Shown here one piece after another: positions 29,880 to 37,917 of a stretch of 64,000 nucleotides of DNA. The first letter of the stretch is position 1, and every line of letters begins with the position of its first letter. The stretch is from a virus (Duplodnaviria > Caudoviricetes), in the IMG/VR virus record IMGVR_UViG_3300047476_000928, positions 1,915 to 65,914 of that record. One strand, given 5' to 3'. The position numbers and the translations under genes are program-made. The notes beneath the pieces are model-generated. The model did no database searches. It was not told the origin of the DNA and was given only the letters and a program-made list of their open reading frames with translations.

Positions 29880-30583
29880 GTGTCGGGTATGTCTAATTCA
29901 AATCCTTTTGTGTCGGCGGGCGCTCCGCCAGTTTCTTTTCTTTTTTCTTCTAGTGGGTTAACGATTACTTCATCTTCCCAAACTTTATGCTTCAAATATC
30001 TTTCAGGGTCTTTGCGATATACTGCTTCGGGTCTAGCTCTTGTGTAGTATGGTACTGCTATTAGGATTGCATCCTTTTCTGATTCCTTTAATCTACTCCA
30101 TTGCTTTCTAGTATTTTCCTTTCCTACCTTCTTTCCGTACAGCTCCCAAAACTCATCAAACCTATCGTCTTTTTTACTACTCTCTTTATTGCTATTATCT
30201 TTATTACTAATATGGGTTAGATTATCCAATGTAGGAAAATCCAAGGTTGGAAAATCCAAGGTTGGATTATCTGATGTAGGGATTTCTTCTAAAACCTCTA
30301 ATGGACAGCTAGAAAGCTGATAAGAGTAGATTAAATGCCCCTTGTTATTTCTGCTTTGTGTGCGAGTTAAGTATCCCGCCTTTTCTAATTCGATAAGCGC
30401 CATTCTTATCGCTGTAACCCCCTCCTTTGTTTGTAAACTAATACGCTCTGCACTAAAATCCCAACTCGCAGGTTTCGATTGGATATAAGCGTACACTCCC
30501 TTTGCTTTAAAGGTTAAATCCTTGTTGTTAAGCAAGTCATTAGGTACTACCCCGAAATTATTCTTAATCGTTACCTTTGCCAT
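29873..30583 (-). CDS. Replication initiator (lambda O-like wHTH) with internal iterons
   Basis: N-terminal LTFKAKG.Y..S....ELEKAGYL HTH, PTLDF repeats, C-terminal F..FW..Y.KK.GK domain; adjacent to the helicase. Confidence 0.85.
   Translation of the reverse strand: MAKVTIKNNFGVVPNDLLNNKDLTFKAKGVYAYIQSKPASWDFSAERISLQTKEGVTAIRMALIELEKAGYLTRTQSRNNKGHLIYSYQLSSCPLEVLEEIPTSDNPTLDFPTLDFPTLDNLTHISNKDNSNKESSKKDDRFDEFWELYGKKVGKENTRKQWSRLKESEKDAILIAVPYYTRARPEAVYRKDPERYLKHKVWEDEVIVNPLEEKRKETGGAPADTKGFELDIPDTW
30170..30281 (-). repeat. Origin 1: four 15-bp-period iterons (TCCAAnnTTGGA) plus AT-rich tract
   Basis: Units at 30225, 30240, 30255 and 30270 inside the initiator gene. Confidence 0.8.
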
Positions 30584-30804
30584 TTTTGCGCCTCTGTTAT
30601 ATCATTCGATAAAGCAACTATGTTTTCTACCAATGATTCAATATTTTCCATTATAAAGCTGTACCCTTCCATTTCTTCACTGATGCAAGAAAGCACTCGT
30701 GTATATTGGTTAAGCTCCTGCTCCATTTCTCTTTTGATTAGCTTGTTGCAGGCAATGTATGCCTCCAAATGCAACCTAGTCATCTCATTAAATTCTTGTG
30801 CCAT
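30571..30804 (-). CDS. Hypothetical coiled-coil protein
   Basis: Start reassigned to MAQEFNEM after a structured leader. Confidence 0.55.
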   Translation of the reverse strand: MAQEFNEMTRLHLEAYIACNKLIKREMEQELNQYTRVLSCISEEMEGYSFIMENIESLVENIVALSNDITEAQKWQR

Positions 30805-30911
30805 ATAAAAAATAAACCCCCACATCCGTTGCGAAGATAATGGGGGTAGTTTCAGGGTACTCCTGAATCCTAGTGGCAAGTCCGCAACTACCTGCCACTA
30901 GGTATGAACAT

Positions 30912-30919
30912 CAAAAGTA
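30912..30919 (-). promoter_or_regulatory. -7 box TACTTTTG for the replication operon
   Basis: Consensus match upstream of the structured leader. Confidence 0.55.
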
Positions 30920-30931
30920 CAAACAATTTGT

Positions 30932-31207
30932 TTATTTAGCAATATGAGTGATGCTAATTATATTCCGTGAAGGAATCCCGATAGTACCTGTCATATTATG
31001 CGGGCTTCTGAATACAATAGTTCTGTCGTCATCTGTGCTATACAAATAGATTGATTCAATTTCATCTTCTAAATTCCCCAATCTGTACTTAATTCTGTAC
31101 ATCCAATCTACGCCTAACTTTTTAGGGTCAAATTTTAAATCCTCTACCTTGTAGATATTAATTACCTTGCCCGTAATGGACAATGCTGTTCTCAATAAAC
31201 TTCTCAT
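30932..31207 (-). CDS. Hypothetical protein
   Basis: Operon packing. Confidence 0.55.
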   Translation of the reverse strand: MRSLLRTALSITGKVINIYKVEDLKFDPKKLGVDWMYRIKYRLGNLEDEIESIYLYSTDDDRTIVFRSPHNMTGTIGIPSRNIISITHIAK

Positions 31208-31222
31208 GTTTCTCTCTCTTAA

Positions 31223-31594
31223 TTATTGTGCTAACTCGTCTAATGGTACTTGAATCTCGTATTGAGCTAATGTCCTATTTCCAGACTTCGCATATACCTC
31301 TTTGTAATCGGTAACTCGTGCTGTAATATGACCGCTCTTACTTAAAGTAACATTGATGTATTTAGTAACGGGCTTGGCAAATAGTACCAAATCAAATCTA
31401 TCCATTCCATTTGAAGGATACTTCCCCCTACTGTCCCATTGCATCAATGCTGTTTCTAATTTACCTAGGATGACTAATCCATTTTCGTCTTGAATTGCTC
31501 CTGCAATCGTAACTTTTTGCCCGCCTCGTGTTAGTATGTCATACTTTCCACTTAAATACAAGTTGTAATCAAATTCAATCGGTAATCTGTTCAT
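31223..31594 (-). CDS. Conserved phage hypothetical protein (TRxG...DL family)
   Basis: TRGGQKV.I...W...G......DL. Confidence 0.6.
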   Translation of the reverse strand: MNRLPIEFDYNLYLSGKYDILTRGGQKVTIAGAIQDENGLVILGKLETALMQWDSRGKYPSNGMDRFDLVLFAKPVTKYINVTLSKSGHITARVTDYKEVYAKSGNRTLAQYEIQVPLDELAQ

Positions 31595-31606
31595 TTTGTT
31601 TTTTGT

Positions 31607-31831
31607 TTAAAAGGTTTGTTTAAATCTTACATTCTTAATACCAAGTTCATCGTAGAATATCGTGTCTATTTCATCTGAAAATACCTCGTTTTCAGGGTAT
31701 CCTGATATGACAATAGGCTTAAAGCTCTCGTAATTACTTGGTGTAATTTGTGGTGTCTTTTTCTGTGTCATGTACACTATTAGAACCATTGTTGCTAGCG
31801 CTATTACGCTTATGATTTTCTCTAATTTCAT
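31607..31831 (-). CDS. Membrane-anchored hypothetical protein
   Basis: N-terminal hydrophobic helix. Confidence 0.5.
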   Translation of the reverse strand: MKLEKIISVIALATMVLIVYMTQKKTPQITPSNYESFKPIVISGYPENEVFSDEIDTIFYDELGIKNVRFKQTF

Positions 31832-32009
31832 CTGCTATATCGTTTCTTATTCCGTATAAATGAGAGGATACCATTAAGACAAGTATCATTAATAAAACCC
31901 CCATTAAAGCTATCATTTTAGCCTCGTCAGTAGTTGTTATAACACATTGCGCAATAAAGTAGGCAATGGAAAAAATTGATATTATTTGTATTCCTCTCAT
32001 GCTATCCAA
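31734..32009 (-). CDS. Two-TM membrane protein
   Basis: Two hydrophobic helices. Confidence 0.5.
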   Translation of the reverse strand: MDSMRGIQIISIFSIAYFIAQCVITTTDEAKMIALMGVLLMILVLMVSSHLYGIRNDIADEIRENHKRNSASNNGSNSVHDTEKDTTNYTK

Positions 32010-32256
32010 ATTTTACCTTTGTTTTACGTTCTACATACTCTATAATCCTTTCGGTTACTTCATCGTTATTATCAAGCGCTTCATCTAGTAAAGCCCTGAA
32101 ATGATAAGGATTAATTAAGGGCTTATACATCTTTGTACTTGCTCCAACTACGCCTCCGCTTAAAAAATGTAGCGTTAGCCAATTATTCTTTATCGTTACG
32201 CCAACAGAATCTATCGAATCGTAATCCTTTCTGTTTGTTACTCCAAATATCTTCAT
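32002..32256 (-). CDS. Hypothetical protein
   Basis: Operon packing. Confidence 0.55.
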   Translation of the reverse strand: MKIFGVTNRKDYDSIDSVGVTIKNNWLTLHFLSGGVVGASTKMYKPLINPYHFRALLDEALDNNDEVTERIIEYVERKTKVKFG

Positions 32257-32331
32257 AGTACAAAAATTAAGTAGTATAAAAATCCAATCGCAAATGCCAT
32301 GCAGGCAATAAATTCGGTGTGTTCTTTTAGT

Positions 32332-32586
32332 TTAAGCATCTTTTAATACAATGTTTAGTTTAACTGAATGACTTGACTGAATATCATCTGCATCGTAAAT
32401 GCTTACTGAAAATTCCGTGTCGTAGTAGAAATGGATATCGTAAACCTTATCTCCAAATTCAAATGACGACCACTCGTCTAGTAAAGTTTCTACTACAATC
32501 TCAATCTCCTGCTGTGTGTTCCCAACCTTGCTAGAAACATAAGCTATGCCCGTGAACGGGTTTACAATTACATTAAACTTTGCCAT
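32332..32586 (-). CDS. Acidic hypothetical protein
   Basis: Start reassigned to MAKFNV. Confidence 0.5.
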   Translation of the reverse strand: MAKFNVIVNPFTGIAYVSSKVGNTQQEIEIVVETLLDEWSSFEFGDKVYDIHFYYDTEFSVSIYDADDIQSSHSVKLNIVLKDA

Positions 32587-33244
32587 TGTCAGTAGTGATA
32601 TTAAGCTCATTTAATACGTCATCAACCACTTCCTTTGCACCAGCCATTGTTTCACGGCGTCTGATACCATTCCAATATTCAAAGCCTTCTTTTGAGGCAA
32701 AGAATGCGAATGCGCAACTGATGAAATCGCTGAACGAATCATATCTGCTTTCCAAGTATTGATTGTATTCGTTTTCCGTTCTGAATGCTATGTAATTATC
32801 TTTAAACTTCTCCTGCTCCTCCTGCGATAATTCAGCTAAACATTCCTTACCTAGATAAGCGCCTGAATCTCTAAATCTGCCTGACTCTGAATCGTCAGAA
32901 AACAAATCCTCAACAGCTTCGATTATCTTTTTGGTTACAGCCTCCTTTACTTTGGATAGTTTAGTGTCAATAATTTCCTCCAAGCATTCGCTTAAATCCT
33001 TGCCATCAAATGCCTTATTAACAATACCTTCCCAATAATCTCTGCCCATTTGGCTTTTATCCCAACGGAAACTAGATGCTAGCATATCCGCCATATTTAG
33101 GAACTTGCCCTCCTTAATTGTGTTGATTTTTTCAGCTTCGCCGATTGGCTCTAAATCAACCATAGCATCAATTAGATTTTGCTGAACATCTTCGGGTAAC
33201 ATAGCGATTAGCTCGCTTCCTGATAGTAATTTAGTCTTTTTCAT
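32573..33244 (-). CDS. Early protein with two F-x-[WF]-x-x-S-x-x-G-x-x-Y-W repeats
   Basis: FRWDKSQMGRDYW and FAFFASKEGFEYW. Confidence 0.7.
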   Translation of the reverse strand: MKKTKLLSGSELIAMLPEDVQQNLIDAMVDLEPIGEAEKINTIKEGKFLNMADMLASSFRWDKSQMGRDYWEGIVNKAFDGKDLSECLEEIIDTKLSKVKEAVTKKIIEAVEDLFSDDSESGRFRDSGAYLGKECLAELSQEEQEKFKDNYIAFRTENEYNQYLESRYDSFSDFISCAFAFFASKEGFEYWNGIRRRETMAGAKEVVDDVLNELNITTDNGKV

Positions 33245-33328
33245 ATTGTTTTTGTTTGGTGTTTAAAATTACTTATTTAATGCCGTATGCTAGAAATTAG
33301 TAGACGAAACGGCGAATTGTGTAGACGA

Positions 33329-33535
33329 CTACTCTTCTGCGTGCGCTATACATAGTAATATTAGCTTATCAACTTCATACGGGTCTATATTCTCATCTAC
33401 TTGTGAACAATAGTCATTCCATACATTAAACTCCATTTCGTCTCTGTAAATATTTACAAAAAATCCTTCGGGCTTAATATTATTCCAACCTTTGTTGGCA
33501 ATCTCTGTTTCAATGTTACTCGTTATTAATTTCAT
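33329..33535 (-). CDS. Hypothetical protein
   Basis: Operon packing. Confidence 0.5.
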   Translation of the reverse strand: MKLITSNIETEIANKGWNNIKPEGFFVNIYRDEMEFNVWNDYCSQVDENIDPYEVDKLILLCIAHAEE

Positions 33536-33536
33536 G

Positions 33537-33770
33537 TCAGTATTTGTTTATGGGTATTCGGTACTCTCCGCTTACATCATCCTGCTCTTTGGTAATATGC
33601 ACTACAATCATTTTCTTATTGTAATGGATAGGAACTTTGCGCTTAACCTCGGCGAAAACCTCCTTAATGTTTCGGTAATTGCCGTTATAGAAACCTACAA
33701 CAAAATTGCCTTCGGTATCATAAGCCTTTACCTTAACATTGTCTGTGGTAGCCAGCTTCATCTTACTCAT
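33537..33770 (-). CDS. Hypothetical protein
   Basis: Start reassigned to MSKMKL. Confidence 0.5.
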   Translation of the reverse strand: MSKMKLATTDNVKVKAYDTEGNFVVGFYNGNYRNIKEVFAEVKRKVPIHYNKKMIVVHITKEQDDVSGEYRIPINKY

Positions 33771-34032
33771 CTGAATTTTTATTAGTCCAAATTGTAGTGT
33801 CATTATAAATGCTAAAAAGCTCCTTCGTGGGTTGCCCGTGATTTTCTTTTACCGATAAAGGTTCTGCTGTATCGTAAAGCGTTTCATAATATGTCATGTC
33901 AGGATAATCGCCTGATTTTGCCATTTGCAAAGCCTTTTCTAGTGCCATGTTGTAGGTGTCTGCTTCTACTTCAAAGTTTGCTCGCTCCCACATCGTTACT
34001 TTCGTGTCTACAAAAAAATTAAATGTTGCCAT
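33763..34032 (-). CDS. Hypothetical protein
   Basis: FEVEA....A...A motif common in small phage early proteins. Confidence 0.6.
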   Translation of the reverse strand: MATFNFFVDTKVTMWERANFEVEADTYNMALEKALQMAKSGDYPDMTYYETLYDTAEPLSVKENHGQPTKELFSIYNDTTIWTNKNSDE

Positions 34033-34282
34033 GTTCGTTATTGTTTAAGGGTTTATGGTTTAAATGACTGCGACTTCCGTTATTGTAAAATGTCCATGTA
34101 TCGGATTCATCGCTTTCTAAATCTAATGCTACTTCAATGTTAGTTAATAGCTCGCCTATTGCTTCTGATTCTCCAATGCTAATGCAGTTACTCATCCGCT
34201 GTCTTAAAAGCTCTAAATCGTCTAATGCTAGATTGATTCTGCGGTCTATCATTGGTTTTGAATATGTATTTAATGTTCTCAT
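34019..34282 (-). CDS. Hypothetical protein
   Basis: Operon packing. Confidence 0.55.
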   Translation of the reverse strand: MRTLNTYSKPMIDRRINLALDDLELLRQRMSNCISIGESEAIGELLTNIEVALDLESDESDTWTFYNNGSRSHLNHKPLNNNEHGNI

Positions 34283-34548
34283 TGTTTTTCGCTTTTAAGT
34301 CTTTCGTAAAATTCTGATGCAATCCACTCGTAGATGTCATTGTTAATCTGCTCAAATATCATCTCGCTATTCACACAATTATCCAATATGTCATCCACAT
34401 CTGCTTCATCTAGCATATAATCGGTGTCATTGTTAGCGTTATACCTATCAAGGTTATCGTAAACATCTTTTCTGCACCACAGCGCTTGTGTGGCGTAGCC
34501 TCTGCGAAGTAATTCGTCAGTTAATTGCTTGGTCGTGTAATTTTCCAT
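34279..34548 (-). CDS. Acidic early protein
   Basis: Start reassigned to MENYTTK downstream of the promoter; LW...DV motif. Confidence 0.55.
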   Translation of the reverse strand: MENYTTKQLTDELLRRGYATQALWCRKDVYDNLDRYNANNDTDYMLDEADVDDILDNCVNSEMIFEQINNDIYEWIASEFYERLKSEKQ

Positions 34549-34615
34549 TGTTTTTAAAGGGTTAAGTGAAAATGGGTTTTCCCTTTTAGCAAAATAGCTG
34601 TGCGAAAACCTGATA

Positions 34616-34623
34616 CAAACATA
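34616..34623 (-). promoter_or_regulatory. Leftward early promoter -7 box TATGTTTG
   Basis: Consensus match with an upstream TTGACA-like element near 34641-34646. Confidence 0.55.
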
Positions 34624-34834
34624 CAACAAAAAGTTTATCTGTGTCAATAGTCTAGGTAAAAATTCTTGATATAGTACAACAGATTCTTTATTCTTCGCAT
34701 ATTTATTTTCATTTCTGCATATAAAAATCAAATTTCCAAAAAGGCAGTAGCTTTAAAGTTTTCCGAAAAACAAATAGCTCGGCGCGGTTCACTCTCAACA
34801 ATCACACTCATCGGGCGCAAGCGGGCGGATGCGG

Positions 34835-34926
34835 GGCGGGAGCAGAATGCAGAGCAGAATGCCCTGCAAAAATCGATCGGGGCGGGCGCACGGCGGGGAG
34901 CAGAATGCAAAGCAGAAAAGCCCTGC
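34835..34926 (+). repeat. Imperfect ~33-bp direct repeat containing four AGCAGAA units
   Basis: GGCGGGAGCAGAATGCAGAGCAGAATGCCCTGC vs GGCGGGGAGCAGAATGCAAAGCAGAAAAGCCCTGC. Confidence 0.75.
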
Positions 34927-34997
34927 GGTTCATGTAATGGCGTTTTTTACTACCTGAAAGCCCCGCCCCTTATAAGGATAAAAAAACCTGCAAAACA

Positions 34998-35029
34998 TTT
35001 GTTTTATATATCTGCGGGCGCTATATTGC
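34998..35029 (+). promoter_or_regulatory. Probable island promoter (TTTG ... TATATTGC)
   Basis: -33 TTTG and variant -7 box upstream of ATG 35053. Confidence 0.45.
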
Positions 35030-35052
35030 GTAAACTTTAAAAATCAAACAAT

Positions 35053-35298
35053 ATGAAAAACTCAAAAAAACCCCGTTACAGCGCTTTATACCGCTTTTTT
35101 TCCGCCATTTCGGCGCTTGCTATTGTTTCGCTCGCTGGATATTTAATCAGCTACGGCGCTATTATTTACGCCTTCGCCGTTCTACTTATGGGCTTTTTAA
35201 TCCGCAATTTTGTGCTATTGTGCGCCCGCCAAGATGAAGACATAGAAAGAATGCAGGCAAAAGACGATTTCATCAAGAGAGACCAATTTTTTTACTAA
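35053..35298 (+). CDS. Two-TM membrane protein
   Basis: Basic N-terminus, two hydrophobic helices. Confidence 0.6.
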   Translation: MKNSKKPRYSALYRFFSAISALAIVSLAGYLISYGAIIYAFAVLLMGFLIRNFVLLCARQDEDIERMQAKDDFIKRDQFFY

Positions 35299-35318
35299 TC
35301 ATTTTAACCCCTTGAATT

Positions 35319-35423
35319 ATGGTACAATTTGAAAACATGGAATTCGAAAACGAAACGGCGCTACATGAATGGCGCTTGCTTTTCGACTTTGATTATTTTA
35401 TTGATTATTATTCACAAGTTTAA
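35319..35423 (+). CDS. Small acidic/aromatic peptide (34 aa)
   Basis: MVQFENMEFENETALHEWRLLFDFDYFIDYYSQV; preceded by the same AACCCC leader as its neighbours. Confidence 0.55.
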   Translation: MVQFENMEFENETALHEWRLLFDFDYFIDYYSQV

Positions 35424-35437
35424 ACCCCAGTACAAAA

Positions 35438-35716
35438 ATGAAAAATGCAGAAAAAACACCCCGCAACCCGATCCGCACAAAAGCAGATTTGAACCACCTT
35501 GCAAGAAAAGCAGCAGACCACCAAAGACGCCTCCGCCTATATGGTCAGGCGTTCCTAATGTTTTGGGGCTTCGGCGTATTCTTTACGGCGCTTTTCAGCG
35601 CTTCACAGCCTGAAAATAATGACTTTGCCCGAGACTTTGAATTTTTAGCCTTATTCGGGCTGTTGGTCGGTTCTTTCGGCTTCGCTTGTTTCTACAATGA
35701 CAACAAAAACAACTAA
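35438..35716 (+). CDS. Two-TM membrane protein
   Basis: Two hydrophobic helices; AACCCC leader. Confidence 0.6.
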   Translation: MKNAEKTPRNPIRTKADLNHLARKAADHQRRLRLYGQAFLMFWGFGVFFTALFSASQPENNDFARDFEFLALFGLLVGSFGFACFYNDNKNN

Positions 35717-35736
35717 CAATTTAAACCCCTTAAATC

Positions 35737-37842
35737 ATGAACTTACAAAAAATTAACACAGCTATTAATTTTTTCGAGGCTATGCCCGCAGACCTTCAAG
35801 AGCGCTACATAGATGCGCCCTTCAAGCGTATAGAATTAGACGAAACCCGATATGAATGGGATGAATTTATAAACCAGTCGTTTACATGGAGCGACACAAA
35901 AGAGGGGCACAATTTTTGGAGCGCCGTGCATCATATGACAGACCTTTCGCAATATGAAGCCGTAAAATTCAAGACACTTGAAAAGCCGATACGGGAGCAC
36001 CTGAAAAACATAAGCGCAGAACTGCGGGCGATATTGTTTGACCAATACAAAAGCTACCTAACAGACAGCGAGCTAAATAACTTAATTGCGCAATTTACAG
36101 CAGGAGAAAAGAACGGGCACCTAGACGGGAAAACAACATGGTATGACTATATGGACAACCAAAACACCTACACATACCCAAGGGCTTTTTGGCGTGAATT
36201 GAGCACCGCTACAAGCTACGAGGCTGTAAATGTTCTTTCGTCGTATCAGCTCGAAGAAATAGAAATACACGGCGGGGGCAAAGCCCGCAGGTGCGAGCTA
36301 ATTAAATTGAGCGCCCAACACTACGGGGAAAACGCCTACACAGCTAAACGCCTTGCGACCGATTCGGATAGCGGGGCAATACTTGAAGCAGATTTGTTGG
36401 AATACTACGACCGAGAAGCAAACAAGCGCAGAAGCCATAAAAGCATATTAGAAAAGACTTTGGAGCGTAACGGCTTCAATGTTCCTATGGTCGTTTATTG
36501 CCCACGGCATAAAATGCACATGGACAGCCGTATCAGTTACCGATATGGCGTAGGAATAAACTACGAAACAGGACAGCCCGAAGCTATTGAGCTACACTCG
36601 CACGCCCTTGTAAGAAGCCAAAACGGCTTCCGTTTTTCTGCTTCAATATCAGAGCTAGAAGCGAGCGAGCACCTTGTTTACGTCAATCACAAGGAATACG
36701 AGTACAAGGTTTATATGATAATTCAAAGTAGTTCCGTTTATTACGATATTGTTACGCAAAAATACTATTTCGAGGACGTAAACCCATGGCGGGAATATAT
36801 GTTTTACGGAACAGCAGGAGCGCCCTGCAAGTACATTAAAATAAATTCAGACAATCAAATCCCGATTGCCTTTGAATATTTCGGACAGCGATTTGCGCCA
36901 GTGCATACCCAAGCACGGGGCAGTTATTCGGCGGTTTGGTATTTCAGCAGAGAGAGCGCAGAAAATGCGGGGCTAATTTTGAACACGTGCCCAAGTTGTG
37001 GCAACCTGCATAGCCAATATCATGACATTGAAGAATGCGAGCAAGCTAATTTCACAAATGAGCGTTACAGCTACCACAGCCAAAAGCCCCGCTACATTTC
37101 AAGCCGTAGCGAGTTTAAAATAGGCGTAGAAATTGAAAAGGAAAGTTTCAAGGGAGCACGCCACAACAATCGGGAAATATTCCGCTCCTTCGGGTGGGTC
37201 AAAGAATCAGACGGAAGCCTTGACAGCCGTGTAGGTTACGAGCTTGTTTCGCCTGCCTTCGGTTTATTTGGTAATAACCTGATAAAAGAAGCGGAAAAAT
37301 TAGAAGCTAAATTTCCGAGCCTAATAAACGGCGAAACCTCGAAAGCCTGCGGGGGGCATATCCATTTTTCAAGAGCCAACACAAGCGGAGCGGATACGCT
37401 CGAAATGTATTGCGGATATTTACCTTTGTTGTATGCGATTTATAAGACCAGAACGAAAGCGAGCTATTGCGCAGGAAAAGAAAAGGATGAAATGAAATAC
37501 AGCCGAGACAAATACCAAGCCGTTAGGGTTTTAGATAACCGCATAGAATTTAGAATTTTCCCCGCCGTAAAGAATGTTTCTACGCTTGCATGGCGCATCG
37601 AATTGCTCCGCTACATGGCAAAGAACCCGACCGCTTCGCCCGTTCAGGTAGTTAATGACTTATGCGACAAGCGCACGAAATTGCACAAGCTATTTTTGGA
37701 GATATTCACGGAGAAAACAATCTACGCCCGTGCTATTGACACGCTTAACATGGCGCAGAAATACGACCGCAATTATTACAATATTGATTTTTCAAAAGAG
37801 CGCACGGCAATAGCCAAGAAAGCAGAAAAGACAAAAGTTTAA
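35737..37842 (+). CDS. Amidoligase (COOH-NH2 ligase, Amidoligase_2-like) with long N-terminal extension
   Basis: YSYH, IGVEIEKE, DGSL...GYELVSP, CGGHIH, KYQAV, IEFRIF motifs in the C-terminal ~260 aa. Confidence 0.85.
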   Translation: MNLQKINTAINFFEAMPADLQERYIDAPFKRIELDETRYEWDEFINQSFTWSDTKEGHNFWSAVHHMTDLSQYEAVKFKTLEKPIREHLKNISAELRAILFDQYKSYLTDSELNNLIAQFTAGEKNGHLDGKTTWYDYMDNQNTYTYPRAFWRELSTATSYEAVNVLSSYQLEEIEIHGGGKARRCELIKLSAQHYGENAYTAKRLATDSDSGAILEADLLEYYDREANKRRSHKSILEKTLERNGFNVPMVVYCPRHKMHMDSRISYRYGVGINYETGQPEAIELHSHALVRSQNGFRFSASISELEASEHLVYVNHKEYEYKVYMIIQSSSVYYDIVTQKYYFEDVNPWREYMFYGTAGAPCKYIKINSDNQIPIAFEYFGQRFAPVHTQARGSYSAVWYFSRESAENAGLILNTCPSCGNLHSQYHDIEECEQANFTNERYSYHSQKPRYISSRSEFKIGVEIEKESFKGARHNNREIFRSFGWVKESDGSLDSRVGYELVSPAFGLFGNNLIKEAEKLEAKFPSLINGETSKACGGHIHFSRANTSGADTLEMYCGYLPLLYAIYKTRTKASYCAGKEKDEMKYSRDKYQAVRVLDNRIEFRIFPAVKNVSTLAWRIELLRYMAKNPTASPVQVVNDLCDKRTKLHKLFLEIFTEKTIYARAIDTLNMAQKYDRNYYNIDFSKERTAIAKKAEKTKV

Positions 37843-37917
37843 CCCGATCTAAATAGTACCAGTACAAAGCAGAATTTAAACAACAATTTTAAACAACAAT
37901 TTTAAACCCCTTTTATT

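Noticed and set aside
35329-35613. 94-aa ORF in the island
   Set aside because: Overlaps two better ORFs (35319 and 35438) that carry the AACCCC leader
37874-37906. 13-bp tandem duplication TTTAAACAACAAT
   Set aside because: Short AT-rich slippage duplication in a leader with no independent sign of function
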